Shown: in pieces, positions 1-10,674 of the stretch
Numbering within the stretch: position 1 is the stretch's first letter
Layout of the letters: each line of letters begins with the position of its first letter
NCBI GenBank assembly: GCA_963832745.1
Contig: CAWHVC010000001.1
Location: forward strand, 1 to 64,000
Source: Candidatus Bathyarchaeota archaeon
Lineage (GTDB): Archaea > Thermoproteota > Bathyarchaeia > Bathyarchaeales > Bathycorpusculaceae
DNA length: 64,000 nucleotides
Direction: 5' to 3'
Position numbers and translations under genes: made by a program
Notes under the pieces: model-generated
What the model was told of the DNA's origin: nothing
The model's database searches: none
Seen by the model: the letters and a program-made list of their open reading frames with translations, nothing else

Positions 1-466
1 CATCTACAAAAAAACCGTCGTCGTCGTTTACGCTTCCATGTATAGCATGACCGCACAATGCCTGAACGCTATAGCAGAAGGAGTCGCTGAGGCTGGCGGA
101 AATATTCAAACGTTTAACCTCTCAGAAGCCAAAACAGTCGATGCCCTAACATCTTTAGTTGAGGCCCCTGTGTTAATCGTCGGTTCCCCCACGTATGAAC
201 ATGAGGTCTTCCCTAAAGTCGCCGACTTCCTAAACATGCTGAAAGTAAAAAAATACACCGGCCGATTTGCGGGAACTTTTGGTAGTTTCGGCTGGAGTGG
301 CGAGGCAACAAGAAAAATCGCCGCTGAACTCACATCAATGGGTTTCGAGTTGGCGGGTCTCCCTATTCCAGTTTATGGAAGTCCAACCGAAGAGGACTTG
401 GCAAAGGTCAAGCTATTAGCCAAAACCGCAACTCAGAAAGCCATCGAGAAATTCAAGTTAAATTAG
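1..466 (+). CDS. fprA: FprA-type flavodiiron protein, C-terminal flavodoxin domain (5' truncated by window edge)
   Basis: Frame is open from position 2 (IYKKTVVVVYASMYSMT); flavodoxin motifs VGSPTY and FGSFGWSGEA. Confidence 0.8.
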   Translation, partial: IYKKTVVVVYASMYSMTAQCLNAIAEGVAEAGGNIQTFNLSEAKTVDALTSLVEAPVLIVGSPTYEHEVFPKVADFLNMLKVKKYTGRFAGTFGSFGWSGEATRKIAAELTSMGFELAGLPIPVYGSPTEEDLAKVKLLAKTATQKAIEKFKLN

Positions 467-962
467 TCTACTGTTATAAAACGGAATTTTGGCAACTATT
501 TAGGATGAGAGGCGTGGAACTTCCTGAGTTCCAAAAAAACAGGCACTTCGATAATTTCAAAAGAATTTGCCTCTAATTGTTTAGGCAGAAAGAGACTAAA
601 GAGAAATTGAGTAATTACTAACTTAGAACAGAAAATGCTCTGTTTTTCGAAAATCAAAATCGCTTGATTTCATTTAAGTCATTTTATCTCTAATATGTAT
701 GTGTATTCAAAAACGTATTATATGTCATCCTTTAACCAAGAATTGAAGACAAAGTGAAGGGGTTATGGCGCAAAAAAACCGGAAAGAAGTTAAAAAAAAA
801 TTAATTAAGGCTTTAAGCAAGGAAATAAATGTTCTTCCAATTCGAGTTTTCCATCGTTAACTGGACTTCCTATTTATTAGTGAATTGGTTGCAATCGTTT
901 TTAGTTTGTACTGAAGTAAGCAATTTATTCAATGCTTCAAGGTGATTTTAATCTAAAACTCT

Positions 963-1437
963 TTAAATCGCGGAATTTCGCAAATGCAACATTGAAACAG
1001 TTATACGTTTTCTACTAAGACTACTTTGCATTTCCTTGTTTATTCTCGTATTTCTTCTTCCTTTACTGGCGTGACCAAAACGGGTTATTTTCCAATTTTC
1101 CATATTTCCACGAATGATCTGTGGGTTACTTGTCAAGATATAAAATGGTGTTTTTGTTTGAGAAGTGTAGCGTTCAGCGATAAAGTTAAGCAATTGTTTT
1201 CCTACACCTATGCCTTGATAATCAGGTAGAACCACTAAGCGACTTACACGGTAATATTTTGCTTTCATTCTAACAGCCGCCACAGCGATGAAAGCTATTG
1301 GTTTTTCTTGATAGAGTGCGGTGTAGCATCTGACTCCTGCAGGTGAAGCTGGCAGTTTAGATAATGATATTGCCGAAACATTTGCCACATGCTCTGTGCC
1401 GCACCGATAAACTTGGAGTTCAACGGGCGGCCGACTT
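963..1437 (-). pseudogene. GNAT-family acetyltransferase, frameshifted
   Basis: Pieces lie in different frames: RPPVELQVYRC, WQMFRQYHYLN, then RVSRLVVLPDYQGIGVG (acetyl-CoA-binding motif A). Confidence 0.75.
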
Positions 1438-2048
1438 CTTTTTTTCGGCTAAACTCCATCGTATCAGTACAGAAGACCCAATCTGGCTCTAGCCAATCAA
1501 CAACATCATAATGGCAAGTCACAGCTATGAACTGCTTTTTTGATAATGACTAACCGCTTTGCTGATGGCAAAGGCACTGACTTTGGCTATTTCCCTGATC
1601 AACTACGCTTGTGAACTCATCAAAAACAATTAACTGCTGCTCAAGACACAATGCCCTTGCAATAATCGCACCTACTTCTTTCTCTCCTTGACTTAAGCAG
1701 TCATAGCTTTTTAGCCAATCCGGCGGGGCTGGCGAATCCTACGCTGCAAAGCATCCTTGTAATGTCTGAAGTTTCAAGCTCTTGGGGGGAAATCGTCAAA
1801 GAACACACTTGCTCCCGTACTCAAAGCTTCTAATGTAAGCGTCTGAGAAAAGTTGTTTAGCAATGCTTGTCTTGCCTGAACCACTGCGACCTACAATGAC
1901 GCCGATCTGCTAATATAACTCTTCAAGCGGCAAAGCACCCTTAAACCGCTTTTCCAGTTTAACATCGTTTAATTGTGTAGCTGCCTACTACGCTTTGAGC
2001 TCTAAAACTGTCCGATTCTTCCCAGCGTTTTACAATGTTAAAATCCGT
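1438..2048 (-). pseudogene. ABC-type ATPase, interrupted by frameshifts and a stop
   Basis: Manual translation: Walker A GRSGSGKT (~1868-1891), signature LSQGE (~1684-1697), Walker B IVFDEFTSVVD (~1597-1630), H-loop VTCHYD; in-frame TAG at 1910-1912 and several indels. Confidence 0.75.
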
Positions 2049-2553
2049 AGCTTATACCCCTCTCTCTTTCAACTTTTCAAACTTTTACTTTCTGGTCAGC
2101 CTCATCTCTGCATTCAACAATAAGCTCGTAGGTTTCAGGAACCGAAAAAGAAACCTCACGCTCATCCACCTCTATAGGAAGCTTCTCACCAACGGATTGA
2201 AGAAACAACTTTAATTCTTCTTTTTCTCCCTCATCAATTATACGCAGATACTCGGCGCTATCCATCTCCTTGTTATGCTTGCCTCTAAGCTTGTTAAGCA
2301 CCTGACGCAATAAACGGCGGTCCACATCCTTAACTGGTAAACGAATGACACTGCACTCGATCATGCCCAGCTCCTTCATAGCCGTAACACGCTGCTCACC
2401 ATCTGCCACCAAAAGCTCACTGTTAGTAACAACCGGAACAATATCCCCCCACCTTCTGATAGAAGCTTTCAGACGATCGAGTTGTACCAAACTCATTCTA
2501 TTTGGGTTGTCTTGATCGAATTTTAAATCGCTAATTTTTACTCTTTCCGACAT
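2030..2553 (-). pseudogene. ParB/Sulfiredoxin-fold protein, C-terminus apparently frameshifted
   Basis: NPNRM, IRRWGDIVPVV, VADGEQRVTAMKELG and LNKLRG motifs; probable start MSERVK at 2553; tail GYKLRILTL lies in another frame. Confidence 0.65.
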
Positions 2554-2604
2554 AGGAATTGGAATTTCGTTACTATTTTCATATGATTCTTTGCTGCATA
2601 CGCT

Positions 2605-3387
2605 CATGTTTTCAAACTCTCCGTAAGCGCTAATTGGCAAATTTGGTCATTTTGAGATAATTTCCTAAACCAGTCACATTTTTCCGCGCATTTTGGACAT
2701 TTTTCTTTTAGGTAATGGGCGTTTCTCTCAGCGGTTGCTTTCTCCTCATTTTCTTCTTGCTGCTCTTCCAACTGGTGTTGCCTAGCTTGTTGTGGTGTGC
2801 GGTTGGCAGTTAACTGTTGAATATCCTCTGTTGTTTTGAAAAGGTGATGTTGTTCACAGTAGCGTTGAAAACTCTTTGGAGTAAATAAGTCATGGTTCCA
2901 AGCCTCGTAAACTGGTGCTAGTAAGTCTTTCTTGTTCGCCTTCGCAAAGTTCCCAATAGCCTGGCGTGTTGAAGACTTCTTTTTCTGCGGTGTATTGTTC
3001 TTTGAATTTGCGTGTTTCTTCTATTAGCCAATAAAACCTTGTGTAGAATACCCAGTTAGCCATTGGGTCTTTATACGTTACAAACGTATCTGTGAAGACT
3101 TGGAAAATATCAAGTATCCTAGCCATAAAGCGGCGGTTGGCTGCATCTACAAGTGCCTGGTCATCTATTGATAAGGGGTTATAAGTGGTATCTCCCCGGT
3201 CTTTGACTGCCTGCAATTCATTTGCATGGTATTGCAAGATTTGGGTTGCACGTCTGTGTAATTCGTTTTCTGCTTCATCTAACTCTGTGTCTCCGTTTTC
3301 CCATGTTATTCTTGTTGTACCTTCTTGGGGAAGTTCTGGCAGTACATTTTTTTCTAATGCATACAGTTTTCTGCTTAGGGTATTCAT
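2605..3387 (-). pseudogene. Hypothetical protein, frameshifted, with Q/E-rich segment and CxxC tail
   Basis: ORF 2890-3387 continues in another frame (LLAPVYEAWNHDLF...QQEENEEK) and then EKCPKCAEKCDW. Confidence 0.5.
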
Positions 3388-3680
3388 TGCTTTTTGTCCT
3401 CTGGTTTTGGTATTAGTATGCTGTTTTTGAGTTTCTCCTCTAACGTTAATACCCTAAGCTCCAACTCTTCATCCTTTAGCAAGGGGCCATAGGCTGAGAC
3501 TGCTGAGACTAAAACTCTTGCCCAACCCTGCTTAGCTCGATCACTGTTGCCGCCGCTATGAATTTTTTGGTGAGAGAGGCTTAATACGCCGTCTAAAACT
3601 CGAAAAAGAGTATTTCTGCGTTCCTTTGTTGAACGGTTTGGTGTTGGTTTTTGGCTGGTTTTTGTTTCAATTTTACCCAA
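3384..3680 (-). CDS. Small hypothetical protein, first gene of the accessory cassette
   Basis: 98-aa ORF overlapping the next gene by 4 nt (translational coupling). Confidence 0.55.
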   Translation of the reverse strand: MGKIETKTSQKPTPNRSTKERRNTLFRVLDGVLSLSHQKIHSGGNSDRAKQGWARVLVSAVSAYGPLLKDEELELRVLTLEEKLKNSILIPKPEDKKQ

Positions 3681-3722
3681 GACTTAAGCGCCTACACACT
3701 TTAACTCCAACACCATGGAGAA

Positions 3723-3771
3723 AAGACAACAAAGCAAGTATGCTCTTAAGACAACACAAAACAAGACAACA
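3723..3771. repeat. Three direct copies of AAGACAACA
   Basis: Copies at 3723-3731, 3748-3756 and 3763-3771, upstream of the minus-strand cassette. Confidence 0.55.
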
Positions 3772-4095
3772 ATTGCTTTAAGATAGTATATCGATAAAAA
3801 CTTTATCCCTATCAGCCATTTACAAAGGGAGTGTGACCGCTTTTTATATTATTGATGTGCTTAATTATTAACAAAATAGTGGATGGATGTGATGGAAATC
3901 AGAACTACGCGGAGATGATTGTTGGCGATTGTGGGGCTGAGCTACCTCGGCACTAAAACAGTGTTACCTGCCCACCTCGGTTTTAGGGAGAGTATATCCA
4001 TTTACGTTTTATCATCCATATAAATGTGTTTTTAACGCCTAACCATCAAGCCGTTGTGATTCACCCAAAAATTCTACTACGCACCAATCTTATTT

Positions 4096-5109
4096 CTATC
4101 GGGAGGCTGGTATAAGGTTGGGAATAAGAATTATGATAGTTAGAATAATCAGCAAAACGGCAAAAAAAAGAATTGAGTAAGCAGCGTTTCTTTTGCCTTC
4201 CCCTTTCTTGTAATAGTTTCTCGGCGAAACACCAAGCAATCTAAACATTAAGGTGCAACCAAATTCAAGGCTGAAAAGGTTAACTAACATCAAAACCATC
4301 GCGCCCAAAAAGCCGTTAAAATTTAAGAAAGCCAATTCAATGCCTGCAACGGCGGAAGGAGGTAGAAGTGCAGCTGAGATTGCGACGCCAAACACGTTCT
4401 CAGTTAAGGCTATTCGGAAAACCATGCCGGCGGCTAAACCAAGAACTAAAGCCACCACTATGTCTAGTGGCGTAACGTAGGATATGGAAAAGATTTGGTC
4501 AGTTAGGGTTAAGTCGATAAATTGCCTTGTAATAAAGGTGCTTAATGCTGCAACAGCAATTACGAGAAAGATAAGCGTTAGAACTGAGAGTTGACTTGAT
4601 AGCATTTTTTTGGGTTTGCCAAGATTTGCGTTGACTGCTAAAGCATTAATGGGACCAAGAAGAGGCGGCAAAATTATAGCTCCAATAATTAAAATTATGT
4701 TGTTAAGAAAAAGCCCGGCTATCGCGACTATTGCAGAGATTAAGGTTATAGCAACCATTCCTTTAGATAATCGCGTGTAAGCGTCAGTTTTATCAATAAG
4801 TTCTTCCGTGGGGTTGGTTGAGACCTTGTTTTTAGAAACTTTAGCTTTTAACTTGTCAAGAAAAGGTGAAGTGACACCGGAAACTTTGTAGATGCTAATT
4901 ATGTTTTCTTTATGATGCAAGTTTACAGCTTTGGCAAGCTTATCCATTGCTTCATCAGCTAACTCGTCAGGTACAAAAGAGGCAAAAAAAGCGTATTTCT
5001 TGTCTTTTATTTCAACTTCGGAAGTGCTTGATAAAAGTTCTAACTCGTCAAAGACTTCGGTTACTTTTTGGGCTTCATCTTTGTTAACGATGACTTCGAT
5101 TTTCTTCAT
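4096..5109 (-). CDS. DUF389/TIGR00341-like membrane protein
   Basis: Soluble N-domain plus ~7 TM segments; IIGAIILPPLLGP and GVAISAALLPP motifs; probable start MKKIEV at 5109. Confidence 0.8.
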   Translation of the reverse strand: MKKIEVIVNKDEAQKVTEVFDELELLSSTSEVEIKDKKYAFFASFVPDELADEAMDKLAKAVNLHHKENIISIYKVSGVTSPFLDKLKAKVSKNKVSTNPTEELIDKTDAYTRLSKGMVAITLISAIVAIAGLFLNNIILIIGAIILPPLLGPINALAVNANLGKPKKMLSSQLSVLTLIFLVIAVAALSTFITRQFIDLTLTDQIFSISYVTPLDIVVALVLGLAAGMVFRIALTENVFGVAISAALLPPSAVAGIELAFLNFNGFLGAMVLMLVNLFSLEFGCTLMFRLLGVSPRNYYKKGEGKRNAAYSILFFAVLLIILTIIILIPNLIPASR

Positions 5110-5524
5110 CAGCAAGACACCTAAAAAGCAAGAGCTAATTTGCTTCTCCACAAAAACTATGTTACATTAAAGTTGCGTAAAATAAAAACAATTCTTTTCG
5201 AACCTAGATAATGGAGTTTAGAATTTGAAAACCAAACAAGAGCATTTACGAATTACCCTAGAAAACCTTTCAAGTCGGGATTAGTCAAAAATCTGCTTAG
5301 GATTGCATTCAAAGATGTCAGTGTTGGTGCTTAATTCGTCTAATGATTGGAGGATTGTTACTACATCACCTAGGCATTTACTAACGAAACAGGAAGGCAA
5401 ATGGTAGAATTTGAGAAGCGTTTTTTGAATCCAAGCCGACTAGCGATAGTCCAATTCTATTTACTTCTTGGGAATGCCCCGCTAGCCAAAAAGGCATTCG
5501 GCCCGTAACTGGTAAATTCATACT

Positions 5525-6134
5525 TTAAATTATTTTTGGGATTATGCGCTTTACCCTCTTCATGTAATCAACATAGCAGTCTGCCTAACTGCTGGATAAG
5601 CACTTTTTCCTCAGAATACATCCAGTAACCATAAGCCATAGCAAAGACCAAGACGCCGATGATGACTGCAACCCAAGAAGAAACAGCCAACCCCATGCCT
5701 ACAAAAAAGAGCAGGACGCCCGTATACGAGGGATGCCTAACATAGCGGTAAGGACCCGCCTCAACAACCTTCTGTTTAGGTTCAACATCGAGGGTTCTGG
5801 AGAAGTAGCGGCCTAAAACAGTGACAGCCCACATTCGAAGGGCGATACCAACTGCCATAACTATGATACCGATGTAGCAGAACCAAGTGGGCATCAATCC
5901 GTAGCCCATCGCTGCCACAACTAACACTGCAACAAAAACATACATCCAAGACAAACCTACAAGCAACCCACCTGCCCCTATTCGCCTTCGCCCAGTCCTT
6001 ATTCCACCCCGTTTAACCGAAGTAAATATTGCTCCAGCAGTCTCAGCTATAATGAAGGCGCATATCATCACAATGAAGCCTATGGCAGCAATCTCAGAGG
6101 GGAAAACAGTGTTTGAGGATATATGGAAAGACAA
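5525..6134 (-). pseudogene. Isoprenylcysteine carboxyl methyltransferase (ICMT/Ste14) family, frameshift near the 3' end
   Basis: GPYRYVRHPSYTG and EEKVL motifs; the expected tail YVDYMKRVKRIIP is out of frame after a +1 insertion near 5582. Confidence 0.75.
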
Positions 6135-6427
6135 CGAGGCAGCCTCTCTATTTTTCTGATGGTTGGTGTACTGATTCAGGTCACTTTAATATTTTTCTGT
6201 TTGAGCAATGCAGCAGTTACGCCGCCGTCGCCTGATTTGCATTTCTTGAAGTTCTGTCGAACATTTCTCCGTTACCGAAGGGGCTTTCTACGTTTGATTA
6301 ACTGCATCCTTAGTGTTCTCGAATAAATATTGCAGGTTTTTCTAAGATAATTAAGAATTATCTTGGACCATAAGGGCTAAGGAATACAAACCAAAAGAGG
6401 GTTTTGCGGGTGATATCTCCACGTGAG

Positions 6428-6455
6428 CCCTGGTTCAAATCCCCGCGGTCCACCA
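6428..6455 (+). other. Degenerate tRNA 3' half (tRNA-Ala-like), possible att-site relic
   Basis: CCCTGGTTCAAATCCCCGCGGTCCACCA has a T-loop GGTTCAAATCC and ends TCCACCA; no matching 5' half upstream. Confidence 0.5.
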
Positions 6456-7572
6456 CCGATAATATTTCAAGGGTTCATCTCTTATTAGAAAATAGTATCA
6501 CTCAGAAGGTGCCAATCTATCGGTGGTGACGTCTAAAAGTTATTAACCTTCTTCGCCAAAATAGAAAACTATGACTCATCTTGCCTTGCTTGTTCTGGCA
6601 GCTTGTCTGCCTATTGAACGATGCTTTACCTTTATTGGGTTAATAATAATTTTATAACAGAAGATTAATTTGTTGCTCATTTGAATGCTTTTTTGATGTT
6701 GGTTTTATAGATATTCTTAAACTCTGAAAACCTCTCAGTAGTCAATTGCCCTTTTAATAATGTCTATTGCATACTCTGAAGATAGTTAAAGCCATGTTTT
6801 TGTTGCATACCTAATACTGTTAAAATTGTTTTTTTAAAAAAATGTTATAAGTGATTTACCTTTGTGCTAGCATAGTTAGGTTGCCAAAAAGAGTGAGAGG
6901 GGCTAGCAACCATTTCTTATTAGCAGATAAACCACTTATCTTAAGAGCATATTCCGATCCACTGGTACATGTTAGAAAAAACAAAATAAAAGAAAATGTT
7001 GTCTCATAATGAAGCAATTATATCCAAGCAAGCCTTCTTTTGTTTAAGGGATTTTTTTGAAAAAAACAACCTTTTATAAATGTCCATTCCGCAAAAAATT
7101 ACTTGAAAACCCCTACCAGCTAAGAAAACACAGACTAAAATTATACAAAAACATATACCGCTCACTAGAAATGCCCCTCTAAACTTTCTTTTCGTTGCTC
7201 TTTCTTTGTAATTTAAAAGTTTAATTTTAGGTATTATGACATAACTTTTTTTATTTAAAAATAATGATGTTTGGCTGATAGTTGCCAATTTTTTTTATCA
7301 AGGTCCTAAAATCAACAGAACTCATGTAAAGAAGCGGTTTCTTAGATCAACCCAATTAATAATTGAGTTTAGAAGTGGAATGAAAAAAGTAACTGCTATA
7401 AAAGCAATTGAAAAATCACATCAACCAGTTAAAGTCAGCTTAGTGGTCAATCAATTAATTGCCCGACAGTAAATGAGAATGTGCCAAGTAGGGTAAAATT
7501 TTTGCAATTAATTCTATAGAACATTATAAATATTCAAATCGGTGACATATTTTTAGAGGAGTTCAAACTCCT

Positions 7573-7791
7573 ATGAACCGTGACGAAGCAATTAATCTCC
7601 TAAAGGCGCTGGTAAAACAGAGCAGTATACCTCCTTCTATGATTAGTATTGAAGAAACCTCCAAGGGGAAATATCAGTTAAAATTAAAATTTGAGAGTAA
7701 TAATTCTCAGTTAATAGATTTTGTTACAGACAAAAAATTATCATTCACTGAAAATAAAGAAAACAACACTATCCAAATCTTCAAACCCTAA
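7573..7791 (+). CDS. Small hypothetical protein
   Basis: 72-aa ORF with AGAGGAG RBS and an upstream TATA-like TTATAAA. Confidence 0.65.
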   Translation: MNRDEAINLLKALVKQSSIPPSMISIEETSKGKYQLKLKFESNNSQLIDFVTDKKLSFTENKENNTIQIFKP

Positions 7792-8658
7792 AGCACCATA
7801 AAGAAAACTGATCTAGCAAAAAATAATACAATTTATTTTGCTATTGATAGATTCATATATTCCATTCCCAGAGTTTTATGGTACTGCATTCGGTGTTTCC
7901 TTAGCTGATAGGGGTTCTCTAATTCTTTCTTACATTTTGGACATTTAACTGAAAGGTCAATCATATATATCACTTTTCAAGCATAAAACCATTTATGAAA
8001 TATAGTAGTTTGTGACTGCAAAAATGTAGCAACAATTGCAACATTAAGCAATTAATTTAGCGATTGAAAACATAGAGCTTGTGACTTCAGGATGTGACAA
8101 CATCATTTTTTATCTAATTCCTTGATTTCTTGAATTGTGGAAACATCTGTGCATTTGGGCTTAAGCGGTCTATCTGCTAACAAGAAATGAAGGTTCCATT
8201 TGCTCTTTTCACCTTCTCTCTATGTTAGCACACGGATAAGAACCGCTTAAAACTACTTTTGTTAGATGCTGTATTTGCACTTCAACAAATCGTTAATAAT
8301 AATCAAACAAAGGGTAATTTTAATAACAATTTTTAGGTGAAACAAATAATAAGTATTTTTCCAGACATTTTAGAACTAAAACCACACATACTTGACCCTG
8401 CCGAATACATGCACAGAGTACACAGCTGTTACAGCTAAAACCTGAATGCGAACAAGCCTTGAAAGAGCTTTTTCTTGCTGCAAAAGTTTCTGTTGGGTTT
8501 TATGTACCAAAAAATGAACATTTTTGCTCTATTAACTCAAACAAGCTTTAAGGCTGCTCTGGCGAGAGCGCATATTTTTATTCATCAGCTATTTTGGTTA
8601 TTGATTAATTGATTCTTCATTTAACAAAAATATCAACTAACTGAAATAAGGCATCAAA

Positions 8659-10674
8659 ATGGATAACCCCAACAGAAATTTAAATCGGCAACTAAAAAGC
8701 GACCCCTATCTAACGCCTTATTCTAAGATTATTAGAAAACGTCTAGAAAGAGTTGAATCAACCCAACAGCGTTTAACTCAGGGCAAAATTAGTTTAACGC
8801 GATTTGCCTCTGGACACGAATACTTTGGACTGCATCTCCAAAAAAATAAATGGGCATTTCGTGAGTGGGCACCCAACGCAAAAGCGATTTATTTAATAGG
8901 CGATTTTAACGATTGGACCGAAAAACCCGATTTTGCCCTAAAAAGAAAAGAAAATGGCGTCTGGGAAATCACGTTAACAAAAAACCAAATAGTTAATGCT
9001 AACCTGTACAAATTGCGTATTCATTGGTCGGGCGGTAAAGGCGATCGTATTCCAGCATACGCCAGAAGAGTAGTTCAGGATCCAAAAACTCAGGTTTTTA
9101 ATGCTCAAGTTTGGTTGCCTCCTAACCCATATGTATGGAAGAAACCTGTTTTTACAAATTCAAAGAAACCACCATTAATTTATGAAGCTCATGTAGGCAT
9201 GGCTCAAGATGGCGAAAGAATTGGAACCTACAAGGAATTTACAAACAATGTTATTCCAAGAATTGTTAAAGCTGGATACAACACCTTGCAATTGATGGCT
9301 ATTCAAGAACACCCGTATTACGGTTCATTTGGTTATCAAGTCTCAAATTTCTTTGCTGCTTCATCACGATTTGGTACACCTGAGCAGCTTAAAGAGCTGA
9401 TTGATACAGCACATATGCAAGGACTAACTGTTCTTATGGATTTAGTACATTCTCACTCAGTGGCCAATGAACTGGAAGGGTTAAGTCGTTTTGATGGAAC
9501 AAAATTCCAATACTTTCACGAGGGAGACCGCGGCATTCATCCTGCGTGGGGATCCAGAATTTTTGATTATGGAAAACCTGAGGTTCTGCATTTTCTTTTA
9601 TCTAATTGCCGCTACTGGCTGGATGAGTTCAAGTTTGATGGTTTTAGATTTGACGGTGTAACTAGCATGCTTTACCTTCATCATGGCTTGAATAGGATTT
9701 TTACCAGCTATGATGATTACTTCAACAGTTCAGTTGACGATGATGCTTTAGCATACTTGGCTCTGGCTAATCGGTTAATTCATAAATTGCGACCTGACGC
9801 AATTACAATATGTGAAGATATTAGTGGTATGCCTGGGCTTGCAATTGACCAAGCTAATGGTGGAGTTGGCTTTGATTATCGTTTTGCAATGGGCATTCCA
9901 GATTACTGGATAAAGCTAGTAAAGGATTCTAAAGATGAGGATTGGCCCATTGGCCCTCTGTGGTTTGAGCTTAACAATCGACGTAAGAATGAAAAGACTA
10001 TTGGATACGTCGAATCTCATGATCAGGCTCTAGTTGGTGACCAAACTTTAATTTTTAGGTTGATTGGGGAAGATATGTATGATCATATGTCGATTTACGA
10101 TGATAATTGGCGTGTCGATCGGGGGGTAGCTTTGCATAAGATGATTCGTTTGATAACCTTCGCCACGTCAGATTTTGGTTACCTAAATTTTATGGGTAAT
10201 GAATTTGGTCATCCGGACTGGATTGATTTTCCCCGAGAAGGTAATGGATGGTCTTATAAGCACGCTCAAAGGCAATGGCATCTTGTAGATGATTTGAATC
10301 TTAAATATCATTTATTGTCTCGTTTTGATCAAGATATGCTTGAATTATCCAAGGATCATAGCTTTTTTGGTTTAGCTTGTAATTTGTTGCATGAAGATTC
10401 AGATAATAAGGTTTTAGTTTTTAGTCGGGGCAACTTGCTTTTTGCTTTTAATTTTCACCCAACTATATCTTTTTTTAACTATGAAATTGAAGCTCCTCCC
10501 GCTAAGTACACAATGATTTTGGATTCTGATGATACAAAATACGGGGGACACGGTAGATTACAGTCACCTAATCAGGAACATTTTACGATGCCAAAGTTTT
10601 TAAATGAAACGAAACATGATTTTCTTAGTCTATATCTTCCATCTCGTTGCGGCTGTGTTCTTCAAGCTTCATGA
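8659..10674 (+). CDS. glgB: 1,4-alpha-glucan branching enzyme, GH13 (eukaryote/Bacteroidetes-like type)
   Basis: FREWAPNA (CBM48), IYEAHVGMA, FRFDGVTSM (nucleophile), EDISG (acid/base), ESHDQALVGD, NFMGNEFGHP. Confidence 0.93.
   Translation: MDNPNRNLNRQLKSDPYLTPYSKIIRKRLERVESTQQRLTQGKISLTRFASGHEYFGLHLQKNKWAFREWAPNAKAIYLIGDFNDWTEKPDFALKRKENGVWEITLTKNQIVNANLYKLRIHWSGGKGDRIPAYARRVVQDPKTQVFNAQVWLPPNPYVWKKPVFTNSKKPPLIYEAHVGMAQDGERIGTYKEFTNNVIPRIVKAGYNTLQLMAIQEHPYYGSFGYQVSNFFAASSRFGTPEQLKELIDTAHMQGLTVLMDLVHSHSVANELEGLSRFDGTKFQYFHEGDRGIHPAWGSRIFDYGKPEVLHFLLSNCRYWLDEFKFDGFRFDGVTSMLYLHHGLNRIFTSYDDYFNSSVDDDALAYLALANRLIHKLRPDAITICEDISGMPGLAIDQANGGVGFDYRFAMGIPDYWIKLVKDSKDEDWPIGPLWFELNNRRKNEKTIGYVESHDQALVGDQTLIFRLIGEDMYDHMSIYDDNWRVDRGVALHKMIRLITFATSDFGYLNFMGNEFGHPDWIDFPREGNGWSYKHAQRQWHLVDDLNLKYHLLSRFDQDMLELSKDHSFFGLACNLLHEDSDNKVLVFSRGNLLFAFNFHPTISFFNYEIEAPPAKYTMILDSDDTKYGGHGRLQSPNQEHFTMPKFLNETKHDFLSLYLPSRCGCVLQAS

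Noticed and set aside
1910-1912. In-frame TAG before the ATPase Walker A as possible pyrrolysine or read-through
   Set aside because: It falls where Trp (TGG) is expected, in a gene with several indels; a point mutation or error is simpler.
3889-3940. Possible C/D box sRNA (GTGATGG...CTGA)
   Set aside because: The C box is imperfect, no guide target was identified, and the region also reads as a decayed small ORF.
7004-7288. 94-aa minus-strand ORF
   Set aside because: AT-rich, low-complexity composition with no RBS or motif; likely spurious.
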